The notes below the pieces were generated by a model. The model was not told where the DNA came from and made no database searches. It saw nothing but the letters and a program-made list of their open reading frames with translations. The translations under genes were made by a program, and so were the position numbers. A DNA stretch of 63,096 bases, counting the filler, from Trichomonas gallinae (taxonomy: Eukaryota): assembly GCA_008369845.1 (NCBI GenBank). It is 4 parts of 4 records of this genome, joined end to end, with 100 filler letters (N's around TTAATTAATTAA, not from the genome) between each part and the next. Parts side by side here need not be neighbours in the genome. Positions count along the whole stretch, not along the records: positions 25,627 to 48,701 come from MRSU01000122.1; 3 more parts are not named here. The stretch is one strand, 5' to 3'. This document shows, one piece after another, positions 33,168 to 43,078 of the stretch (position 1 is the first letter of the stretch; the number at the start of each line of letters is the position of its first letter).

Positions 33168-35477
33168 TTAATCATCAAAATCACTATCACCCCCACTATC
33201 GTCAATGGTGATTCCTGTGTCTTCATTCTTTGATGGTGAAGGCTTCAAAGGCGGAAGTGGCTCATTCTTCGGTCTTCCGTAAACTTTTTGCTCAATGTCA
33301 TTGAAGTTGAGTCCGTATCTTTCTGCGAGAGAGTTGAGCTTAGTTCTATCCGCTGTGACAGAAGTTTTCTGTATATGTTTCAGTTCCTCTTGCAGCATAA
33401 CTCTTTCGTGCTCGATTGCGATCTTCTGCTTTTCACCTTGTGCTCGAAGTTTCTCCTTCATTTCTTGCTGCATCTCGATTCGCTTCATTTTCATTTCTAT
33501 TTCTTCTTGCAATCTAAGTTTCTCCATTTCCTTCATTCTCTCCATCCTTGCTACCTGTGCTGCCTTCTGCTCCATCTGTATTCGTGACTCAACGCTCTGT
33601 GCGTGCATTTCTTCCTGCTTCTTAGCGTTCAATGCTTCGATTCTTTGGTTGTTCATTTGCATTTCCATCTCCTTCCTTTGTGCTTTTTCTAACTGCATCT
33701 GGTTGATATGGTCGAGTTTCTCTTTGACTTTCTTGAATGTCTCTGAATAACCATTGGCAGCTTCAAATGATCTTCGTCGTTTTTCCTCTTCCATTTCTTG
33801 TAGTCTCATTGTTGCCATTTCATTCTTTTGTTCTAATAATTGAGCCTTTTGTTGCCACTCGTCTTCAATTCTCTTTCTTGCTTCAGCAATCATCTCTGCC
33901 CTTCTCTTGTCAATCAATGCTTTTTCTTTGAGCATCTTCATCCTTTTGTCTTCGCTAATCCTGATGTTCTCGAAGACCCTCTCTTGTCTCGCTTGTGCCG
34001 ATTTAGCCCTTCTTTGTGCTGCTTCGAACTGTTCGCGCCTGATTCGTTCGAGCTGCATCTGCTGCTGAAGCTGATATTGAGCACGAATTTCAGCGAGTCT
34101 TTTCTGTTCTTCTTCTTGTGCTTTGAGTCTTGCGCTTTCTCTGGCTTCGTTGAGAAGCATTTGATCTTCGAGTTCTTTCGCTCTTTTTGCTTCTAAATCT
34201 TCCAGTCTTTTCTTTGCTTCCATGTTTCTTTGGTTTCTTATTCTTAAGTTTTCTTCTGCTTCTTTCTTCTTCCTTTCAGCTTCTTCTCTCTGTCTTTCAG
34301 CAATAGCTTGATCTCTCATCATCGCCATTTGTCTGGCTTCTTCCTCTTCTTTCGCTTTTTGTTTTTCTTGCTGTATTTGTTTCTCAATTTGTTCCTTTTT
34401 CCTTCTTTCGTTTTCTTCTCTTTGTTTTTCTAGCTGTTTTTGACGTTCTTCGTCTCTTTGACTCTCTCTGGCTTGTCTGAGCTCAGCTAATTCAGCGTTG
34501 CGCTGTTCTGTTAAGATTTGAATAATCATATTTTCAACTTCTTTCTTTTGACGACGTTGCTGTGCTTCTAAACGTCTCTTTTCTGATTGTATATATTCGT
34601 TGTTAATTGATTCCTCGTCATCATCAGCATTTGTTGATGAAAATTCTTTTTCATTAGCTTTTTCTTTTTCTATGATTCTTTCACGCTCAGCTTTGATCTG
34701 CTCAACGAGTTCATCAACAGCTTTGATCATTTTTTGCCTTGCCATTTCACGAACTTTTGGATCTCTCGAATATGAATTTAATTTGAATTCTGTAGGATAT
34801 TGAAGCTCGCTCTCATCAATACCAAGGTTTCTGATGGCTCTTTTAGTATATGTTTCGGTAAAATGCGGTGTTAAATTCGGATCGAAATTTAATATTGATC
34901 CTCCTTGAGATTTATTAATTTGACGCATTTCTGCTGGTAGTTGTGACGGTCTTTGTAATGGTGGACGCGATAAAGGCATTGATAAATCTAGTTTCTTTTC
35001 TGGTTCCTTTTGTTTTGGCTTCGGCTTAGGTACAGGAGCCATTTTAGCTTGTATTCGTGCTTTGAGAGATTCTTTGCCTTTGTTGTTCTTAGTATTTTGC
35101 GATTTTGATTGTTGTTTGTTATTTTTAGTTTCTTTTTTAACTTTAGGCACTTCTGTAATTAGGACTGGTGGATTTTGAGATGCTTCTTGTTCATTATCTT
35201 CGAAATCTTTGTCTGTTTCAGAATTATCTTCAAAATCTTTTTCAGATTCGTTATTTTTCTTTTCTTCATCTTCGAAATCGTTATTTTCTTTCTTGTCATC
35301 ATCATAATCTTCGAAATCTTTTTCATCGTTTTGCGTATTTTGATTTTGATTTTTTTCATCTACTTCAAAATCGCTGAATTCCTTATCACTTTCCGAGAGA
35401 TTTGTTTTCGTTTCAGGTTGGCTTTTCGTGGGACTTTTTTGACCCTTCGCCCCGTTATTTGAGGCTTTCGAACTCAT
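33168..35477 (-). CDS. Large charged coiled-coil (trichohyalin-like) protein with N-terminal DFED repeats
   Basis: 769-aa E/K/R/Q-rich ORF. The likely start is MSSKAS at 35477. Confidence 0.85.
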   Translation of the reverse strand: MSSKASNNGAKGQKSPTKSQPETKTNLSESDKEFSDFEVDEKNQNQNTQNDEKDFEDYDDDKKENNDFEDEEKKNNESEKDFEDNSETDKDFEDNEQEASQNPPVLITEVPKVKKETKNNKQQSKSQNTKNNKGKESLKARIQAKMAPVPKPKPKQKEPEKKLDLSMPLSRPPLQRPSQLPAEMRQINKSQGGSILNFDPNLTPHFTETYTKRAIRNLGIDESELQYPTEFKLNSYSRDPKVREMARQKMIKAVDELVEQIKAERERIIEKEKANEKEFSSTNADDDEESINNEYIQSEKRRLEAQQRRQKKEVENMIIQILTEQRNAELAELRQARESQRDEERQKQLEKQREENERRKKEQIEKQIQQEKQKAKEEEEARQMAMMRDQAIAERQREEAERKKKEAEENLRIRNQRNMEAKKRLEDLEAKRAKELEDQMLLNEARESARLKAQEEEQKRLAEIRAQYQLQQQMQLERIRREQFEAAQRRAKSAQARQERVFENIRISEDKRMKMLKEKALIDKRRAEMIAEARKRIEDEWQQKAQLLEQKNEMATMRLQEMEEEKRRRSFEAANGYSETFKKVKEKLDHINQMQLEKAQRKEMEMQMNNQRIEALNAKKQEEMHAQSVESRIQMEQKAAQVARMERMKEMEKLRLQEEIEMKMKRIEMQQEMKEKLRAQGEKQKIAIEHERVMLQEELKHIQKTSVTADRTKLNSLAERYGLNFNDIEQKVYGRPKNEPLPPLKPSPSKNEDTGITIDDSGGDSDFDD

Positions 35478-36056
35478 CCTGAATACGTTTTTTCTTTTGA
35501 ATAGTTTACATAGATTTACATTTGACAAAATTATATATTTGTCACGTAAAATTAATTTACATCTGACAGTTTATCATGTAAATATAGAATTGATATTGTT
35601 ATTTGTAAAAACTTCATCATCATAGAAAAATTTAATAGTGACTATGTGACGCGTATTGAAAGATTCCACTGGAAAGACAAGGTGTTCGCATGCATAATTA
35701 TAAAAATTCATATTTTTGCCACGTAAAATAATTTACATTCGGGAAACTTGCAACATGACAAAATTTATCACTTTTGACAAATTTTATTTTTTGTCACGTA
35801 AAATTCAGAAAAATTGAGAAGATTTAATATATTCAAAGTTTTATGCATCTATAAAATAACATATTCATAATTTTAAAAATTTAAGGTTAATTTAATTTGA
35901 ATCCTAAATAATTGTATTTGACAATTTAGATGTAAGACCATTGCTTTTAATCCCCATGTCAATATACGAATTGGATAACCTATATATAAATTCCCATAAA
36001 GTAACTTTAAATAAATAAAAAATTGTGGAGGTTTGTCATGTAAATTGTCATAACGG

Positions 36057-38981
36057 ATGAAATCTAAGATTTACAAAACAAAAATGCAAAGGCTTCCTCT
36101 TGATATGTTAGAAGATGACGAATATGAAGAGGATGAAGATTTGCAAGGGATTGCTCATAATGATGAAGCAAATATTGAGTTTTTCAAGTCAGAACTTGCT
36201 GGAATTCAAAAACAAATTAATAAATATCGCGAAAAATTACAATATTTACGAAAAGTCTATCTACAATTCGCCATGCTCATAAACAAAACTGTTTGCGATC
36301 ACTATGGACCTCCAATTGTTCACCAAAAAGTCGAAAAACCAAATCCACTTCCGGCTCCTGAAATAGATGTTAAAACTAGCAACGAGTTGATCCATTTACT
36401 TACAAAGACAGAATCAGTTTCATCTTCAGATGTACAAAAGTTTTTAAACAATTCTTCAGTTGTTGAAAAATTAATTTTCTCAAATCAAACAATTTTCGAT
36501 GATCAGTTACAAAATGCTATACTAATGGCATCACCTGATATAAGAATGACATTTTTCAACCAAATACTGGCGAAATTACTAAGATGCAATAAATTTCTCG
36601 AAGGATTACTTCCAATTTTATCTAAATTATCGCTTAATCCGATTTTAAGACGACAAATAACAGATCCATATGCAAAATTCGAAGAATTCTTTGAGTTTTT
36701 TGAAGAATCTCGAAAGAAAATTGGCGAAACACTTGGTTTCAAAGATATTTTCATATTATTCAATACAGGTGATGGCGAATTATTATATCATCATCAAACA
36801 GGCTATCATTTATTGCAAATTAATAATACTTTAATTGGCTCTTTTCTTCATTCAGAGGAGCCACTCATTACAAATCATCCACTAGAGAGCGAAAAAATAC
36901 AACGCAGTGAAGAGCGTTGCATTTTCCAAGACGACAGACCTTGTATGTCGATGAGATTTTCTTTTGGCGAGTTAATTGAAGATGGCCTTGTTATAGTGTT
37001 CGGCGACCAGTTTACAGAGTCAGATATGACAAAGATGCAAATAGTAATACAATACACAACTCCCGCTTTGCACATTTTTGGAACAGTTTTTAATTCTTTG
37101 ACTCCTTCTTTGATATCTAATGTTTTGATGAGCATTTCATCATTGTATGAAACAAAAGACATCATTAAGTCAATAGAAACAGTCGTTAAAGCAACATTGA
37201 AGTCTATTAAAACGAAAGTTATGACTTTGAATCCATCGGAGGATTTTCCTGAGGTTCCGGTTTTAAGTTCAGCTAAAAGTTTGATTCGCGCTGCAGCAGA
37301 AAAAGGTGGATCATCGACAATTAAGCTCCCAAGATTCCAAAAAGGCTTCTGCAAGGAGGTTGACGATGATACTTCTTTAGGTTTGATTTCTGCGATTCAC
37401 GTTATCAAAATTCCTTACAAAGATTTATTCTGTGTTTCTTATAATGTTGAAGACGCAAATTCCTTCAAATTACAAAGGAGGGACATGGTGAAACACATAA
37501 TTGAGGCTGCGCCTTATCCAATAGAAGAGTATTTGAAGAGAAGAGCAATAGAAAGAACCTACAATTTGGATTCAACACAAAAAGATTTGATGGAAAATTT
37601 TTTGACAAAAATTCCAAAATTTGTTGATGCTACACAAGACTCAAAGCTAATGGAATCAATAGAAGAAGAGATTGGAATTGAAGGAGTCAAAGTTGAAATG
37701 ATTTCTTTAGTTGAGGAAAACAATTATTTCATTTTCCCTAAAGGTACAGTTGAAGAATTTCCAGAAGAAATCTCGAACATGTTAAGTCCTCAACATGTTG
37801 ATTTTGGAGACGGAGAAGACGTTTTTCTTGTCCCGTCAACGACATCAACTGTTTACACTTTGTTTTATGGCATCAAAGATTACTCAAAAATCGACGAAAG
37901 ATTGTTGATTTATCTCGGAAACACAGCAATAGTTTTATTCCCATGGGCCTTGATGGAGAATCAACTTAATGACTTGATTCATAGACAGTCATATCTAAGG
38001 GGTGCTTCAAGGACAGCTATTGATTCTATTTCAGATTTGATTGATTACAATTTGACTTTAGTCGAGTATGATATTCCAATCTCAGAATATAAAAGTGACA
38101 AAAAATTCCACATTTTAGTCGAAACTAAACGTGGCATTGAAGCTGCAATCGAATGCGATGAAGCTATTGAAGACGAATTATCACTCAATGTGTTGAATTC
38201 TTTCAAGGAGTATCTAACATATATTTTATCATCAAAAACAAAAATTAGAGAAGTGCCTTCTGAAGTTTTCAACACAATGATCGACTATGTCAGCATATTT
38301 AAAGCAGATAACGCAAAGTTGATGAATTTCTTCAAGACTATTTTGTCGATTTTCAAAACAAATAACATCGATGTAAATGAGAACCTTAAAAAGATTAAAT
38401 TTGTCAAACACATATTCTCGAAGATCTCCATTTCAAACTGGTACACGGATGACGACAAGTCAGTAATCATGCTTTTATTGTTCCTCTCAGGCATTGAAAA
38501 CGTCTGGCGGATCAAAGCCGATGACTATCTGATCGATTTGTGTACAGGGATCCAACAATGCGCAGCTCCTATCGTCGCGGCGGTTTTTAACAAATCGTTC
38601 GGAATTTCCGATAATTTGACACCCGAGAAGATTAAGCAGCTTGTGAGCTTATTCAACTACTATAAGGTTGGCCCTAAAATGGAACAAGAACTAGAAGTAG
38701 TTGCGAGAATAAGAATGCTGTCAGACAAAGGATGGGAAAAATCTGATGAAGGAAAAATATGGGCGGCCAGGTCCATGAGCATGATTTGCAGGGCTGAACC
38801 ATGGATACAACAACAATTTAACCCCGAGCAATTCTCAAGTCCAAAGAAGGAATTGATTTATATAGAAAGAGTCCTTCTTCCACTTTATTCATATTTCAGC
38901 ATGAGGAATGAGTTCATGATGAACGACATGAGGACCATTAGAACTAATATAAGATCAATAAGATTGAGCCCTAAGACATAA
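36057..38981 (+). CDS. Hypothetical protein with GAF-like region and degenerate phosphodiesterase-like C-terminus
   Basis: 974-aa ORF. RFQKGFCKEVDDDT is GAF-like. The C-terminal helices follow the order of a class I PDE fold but lack the His motifs. Confidence 0.65.
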   Translation: MKSKIYKTKMQRLPLDMLEDDEYEEDEDLQGIAHNDEANIEFFKSELAGIQKQINKYREKLQYLRKVYLQFAMLINKTVCDHYGPPIVHQKVEKPNPLPAPEIDVKTSNELIHLLTKTESVSSSDVQKFLNNSSVVEKLIFSNQTIFDDQLQNAILMASPDIRMTFFNQILAKLLRCNKFLEGLLPILSKLSLNPILRRQITDPYAKFEEFFEFFEESRKKIGETLGFKDIFILFNTGDGELLYHHQTGYHLLQINNTLIGSFLHSEEPLITNHPLESEKIQRSEERCIFQDDRPCMSMRFSFGELIEDGLVIVFGDQFTESDMTKMQIVIQYTTPALHIFGTVFNSLTPSLISNVLMSISSLYETKDIIKSIETVVKATLKSIKTKVMTLNPSEDFPEVPVLSSAKSLIRAAAEKGGSSTIKLPRFQKGFCKEVDDDTSLGLISAIHVIKIPYKDLFCVSYNVEDANSFKLQRRDMVKHIIEAAPYPIEEYLKRRAIERTYNLDSTQKDLMENFLTKIPKFVDATQDSKLMESIEEEIGIEGVKVEMISLVEENNYFIFPKGTVEEFPEEISNMLSPQHVDFGDGEDVFLVPSTTSTVYTLFYGIKDYSKIDERLLIYLGNTAIVLFPWALMENQLNDLIHRQSYLRGASRTAIDSISDLIDYNLTLVEYDIPISEYKSDKKFHILVETKRGIEAAIECDEAIEDELSLNVLNSFKEYLTYILSSKTKIREVPSEVFNTMIDYVSIFKADNAKLMNFFKTILSIFKTNNIDVNENLKKIKFVKHIFSKISISNWYTDDDKSVIMLLLFLSGIENVWRIKADDYLIDLCTGIQQCAAPIVAAVFNKSFGISDNLTPEKIKQLVSLFNYYKVGPKMEQELEVVARIRMLSDKGWEKSDEGKIWAARSMSMICRAEPWIQQQFNPEQFSSPKKELIYIERVLLPLYSYFSMRNEFMMNDMRTIRTNIRSIRLSPKT

Positions 38982-39972
38982 TTATTCTTATGTTATTTAT
39001 ATTTTTTAAATAAAGTGTTTTGTATTTTGCTATTTAATGAGTATTTATATCTTTCATCTAATAAAGTTGATAATAATATATAAAAATACAATATTTATAA
39101 CAGGTGGAATTTAATAAACGAAAATATAATTTAATTTTGTCATGCATGCCAATGGCGTGAAAATAGTGTAATAGAAGTAAATTAGAGCATGGAAACTTCG
39201 TTGTTTTTTTGTATTCTTTTTATATCAAATTTTTTGAAATTTGAAATAAACAATTATCATGGAAAATGAGTAGGAATAGCAGTCTCAATGCAATAACATT
39301 AGATTTAATCCTAATATTAGTTTGATATGTTTCGACAAATGGGGATTGCATTATTCATTATTGGCGATTTTCTAAATGTTGGAAGTGCATTATCATATGT
39401 AGACAATAGTATAGCCCATGTCAAGCTAGGTGAAGGTATATTGCGATGCTATGGACGTTTCTGCTAATAATTTTTTTTCTATAATAGCATTTCAATTAAT
39501 TTGGTTAATATCAAATGTAAATGGTATACAAAGCAATCATATAATAATCCAATATTTCGAAAATTAATTTTTTACATTAATCGTTCGAGCAACATATATA
39601 CTACAATAATCTATATATTTTTAGTTTTTATTCATATCAAAGTTTTTTGAGAACTATTCAAAAAAATATAGATCTGAATTCAATTCAAAGATAAAACAAA
39701 TAATATAATCCAAATTTTCACAGCGTCGTCTGACCGTATTATACACCACATTGCAATATTCTGGCAATTTAGGAAAAATTAATATGCGTTCATTTGACAT
39801 TTGACAACAATTTTTTCAATGTGCATAATTCGACCAAATTTGTGTTATTTTTATGCACACTTCAATAAGATATCATAAAAAATTAAGATAACGATGAATA
39901 ATTAAATAGCCTTCTGAAAGGGGTGAATTTTCTGAAGATGATTAAAAACCGAATCATATTTCACTATTTAGA

Positions 39973-41625
39973 ATGGTTAAGATTGTATGCGTAACTGGAG
40001 CGACAGGCGTCATGGGAAGTGAGTCAGTGAGACACCTATTGACATTAGATGACGTCAAACTCAGATTGTTCATCAAAGACACATATGATGAAAGATATAA
40101 GGCAAAGGAATTTACTTCTAATCCTAAAGTCGAAGCATATTATGGAGACTTAAGGAACTACGGAGACATTCTTAGATTTATATCCGGCTGCGACTACGTT
40201 TTGCACATAGGCGGTATGGTATCTCCATATGCAGATGATAAGCCGAAAGAAACATTCGACGTTAACGTTGGTGGAGCTCAAAACATCGTGAACGCCATCT
40301 TAGTTCAGCCAAACAAGGATGACATAAAAGTTTGTTACATCGGAAGTGTAGCAGAAACAGGCGACAGGAACTACCCAATCCACTGGGGAAGAACAGGAGA
40401 TCCCATAAAAGTCTCCATGTACGACCATTACGGAGTCTCAAAGGCCATTGCCGAGAGAGTCTTCGCGGAAAGCGGTTTGAAGCACTGGGCCGTTTTCAGA
40501 CAGAGTGGAATTTTACACCCAGGCCTTATTTCCAAATTTGAGCCCATCATGTACCATGTTCCGATCAATGGTGTTCTCGAATGGTGCACAGTTGAAGACA
40601 GTGGCCGTCTAATGAAGAATTTCGTCGATTTCAAACTTCCACAAAACTTCTGGAGAAGATTTTACAACATTGGCAGCGGCGAGATGTACAGGTTAACGAA
40701 CTATGAGTTCGAAAACCTTTTGTTGTCTTCATGCAACATTTCAGACATTACAACATCATTTGCTCCAAATTGGTTCGCAACAAAGAACTTCCACGGCCAA
40801 TACTACGTAGATGGTGATATTTTAGAAAGCTTCCTCAAATTCAGAGAAAACGTTCCAACAGTTGAGTATTTCCAGAGACTCATGACAAAGGTACCAATTC
40901 CATTCAGGCTCATCAAATTCATCAGAATTGCCAAGAAGTTTGGTTTCATGGCATACCCTCTAATGAAGGCAATCTGCAAAGATAAAGACTTCGGACCATT
41001 GGGATGGCTTGAAACTAATGATGAAATGAGAATCAAGGCTCACTTCGGCTCAGTCCAAGAATTCAAAGCAATTCCACAAACATGGTCTGAGTTTCCAATC
41101 AAGCACTACGACACATCAATCAAGGCCTCAGAGAAGTACATCCTCTCCCATGGATACGATGAGACGAAAGATTTTGAATCTTTAACTGTCGAAGATCTCC
41201 AGAAGGCAGCTGAATTCAGAGGAGGCTCTTTGGTTTCAAAGAAGATAGACTCAGTTTACAAACCAGTCACATGGAAATGCGGCCACTGCCATCGCGAGTT
41301 CGAAGCAACACCAAACCTCATTCTCAAAGGCGGTCATTGGTGCCCACATTGCTTCTTGCCTTCACCATCAACAGGATGGGATTACGGCAAAATTGCACAG
41401 AACAATCCATTCTTTGCTCAGGTATGGAACACAAATCACACAGAAGAAGAGAATGATTATTATTCTTATCAGGACATCTTCAACAAAGAGTGCTTCGATA
41501 GCTTCCCAATTAATCAGAAGAAGTCAACAAAGAAGTCAAAGCATTTAATTATTTTCTTCTTAATTCTTGTTATATTCCTCATCTTCTTTAATATTTATTA
41601 TTCTACAGTTCACAATGTTTTCTAA
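39973..41625 (+). CDS. NAD-dependent epimerase/dehydratase (extended SDR) with C-terminal Zn ribbon and TM tail
   Basis: TGATGVMG Rossmann motif, YGVSK (YxxxK), WKCGHC...GHWCPHC and a hydrophobic C-terminus. Confidence 0.88.
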   Translation: MVKIVCVTGATGVMGSESVRHLLTLDDVKLRLFIKDTYDERYKAKEFTSNPKVEAYYGDLRNYGDILRFISGCDYVLHIGGMVSPYADDKPKETFDVNVGGAQNIVNAILVQPNKDDIKVCYIGSVAETGDRNYPIHWGRTGDPIKVSMYDHYGVSKAIAERVFAESGLKHWAVFRQSGILHPGLISKFEPIMYHVPINGVLEWCTVEDSGRLMKNFVDFKLPQNFWRRFYNIGSGEMYRLTNYEFENLLLSSCNISDITTSFAPNWFATKNFHGQYYVDGDILESFLKFRENVPTVEYFQRLMTKVPIPFRLIKFIRIAKKFGFMAYPLMKAICKDKDFGPLGWLETNDEMRIKAHFGSVQEFKAIPQTWSEFPIKHYDTSIKASEKYILSHGYDETKDFESLTVEDLQKAAEFRGGSLVSKKIDSVYKPVTWKCGHCHREFEATPNLILKGGHWCPHCFLPSPSTGWDYGKIAQNNPFFAQVWNTNHTEEENDYYSYQDIFNKECFDSFPINQKKSTKKSKHLIIFFLILVIFLIFFNIYYSTVHNVF

Positions 41626-41842
41626 TAATAAATGTTTTTTTTTTCTTTAATCTCTTTCTATTTACTCAAAAAATAATTTTTCGTTTTATCTTCATTTAAA
41701 ATTTAGTGATTTTGATCGATATTCATATGGCAAACTTTTCAAAAATAAAGTGACATTTGGTTTATTTTAACGCACATCACCTCACTCTTTTTACATCGAA
41801 GCACACTTCAATGATGCTGTTATCATTAAAAGATTCAATAAT

Positions 41843-42703
41843 ATGCCCATTAGCATCAATGCGTCGCAGAAAAAGATCGATTTTTCTTACCCATGCAAAA
41901 ATGCAACAGATTGTTTTCCATATGAAATAACCATTCGACCTGGCATATATTTTCTTGAAGTATGGGGCGCACAAGGTGGTAATTCAACCTATACTTCAAA
42001 ATCTATCCCAGGTGGCCAGGGCGGCTATTCATCTGGAGTATACATCGCCAAAGAAAGACAAAATCTTTACCTACACCTAGGAGGCACTCAAAACTCCACT
42101 TTATCCGTCAGCTCATGTTACAATGGAGGCACAAAAGGCCTCTCAAAGCGAGATGGATGTGGTGGTGGTGCGAGTGATTTCCGAACTTCACCTGGACTAT
42201 GGAATGAACATTTTGAATCAAGAATCATCATAGCAGGTGGGGGAGGAGGGTCTTGGTCTGATTCTGATCAAGAAGAAGTATATATAGGAGGTAAAGGAGG
42301 TGGTCTTGAAGGCAAAGTTGATTCGACTGGCAGATCTGCCATCGGCACTCAAACCGGCTGCAAATCCATCCAAAATGGACAATGTGGTGAGCTAGGTATT
42401 GGAAAAGGTGGCTGGTTTGGTGGCGGTGGTGGTGGAAAGTTTGGAGGAGGGAACTACTACGATCCAAGTGATACGACAATAGGAAGTGGAGGGGGTGGTG
42501 GCTCAGGCTCGATAGATGGTGTCACAAGCTATGAAAAGTGGAAAGCTGTCACCCAAACTTCAGATCATAACGGCCCAGGTACTGCTTCAATCATTGTCAT
42601 AGCTTCCTTTCCTAAACAAGCTTCCTGTGTTGTTAAATATTATCCTTTGGTCAATTGCAATTATCTCCTCTGGTGTATTATATTTTATCTTGATGATTCT
42701 TAA
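41843..42703 (+). CDS. Glycine-rich protein (ALK/LTK-like Gly-rich domain; trichomonad 'PE-PGRS/loricrin' family)
   Basis: Motifs YFLEVWGAQGG, GGQGGYSSG, GGGASDFR and RIIIAGGGGG. Confidence 0.85.
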   Translation: MPISINASQKKIDFSYPCKNATDCFPYEITIRPGIYFLEVWGAQGGNSTYTSKSIPGGQGGYSSGVYIAKERQNLYLHLGGTQNSTLSVSSCYNGGTKGLSKRDGCGGGASDFRTSPGLWNEHFESRIIIAGGGGGSWSDSDQEEVYIGGKGGGLEGKVDSTGRSAIGTQTGCKSIQNGQCGELGIGKGGWFGGGGGGKFGGGNYYDPSDTTIGSGGGGGSGSIDGVTSYEKWKAVTQTSDHNGPGTASIIVIASFPKQASCVVKYYPLVNCNYLLWCIIFYLDDS

Positions 42704-43078
42704 AAAATTTTATATAATTAAAATGTATTTGATAAATAAATGATGACACTTTACACATAAATAATATTGAAAACAACGAATTTTTGAATTCATATTTAAA
42801 TATGGTCTTATTTCATATTTGTCTAAACATGTAAGTGATGCTAAACTATCTAAAGTCTGTCTTCGTGCTTGTGATTCATGTGACACTCCAATTTGAAATC
42901 ATGTTTATATCATGGGCTGAACTTTATTCATATCACCAATTATCATTCTTTAAATTTGTTTATAACATTAGTCTACAACAGATATATTGAATAAAATTCT
43001 TGAATTACAATGTAAATTATATTCATGAAACCCAATATTATCTTAAATATGATTTAACCCAATATTATAAACAATTTT

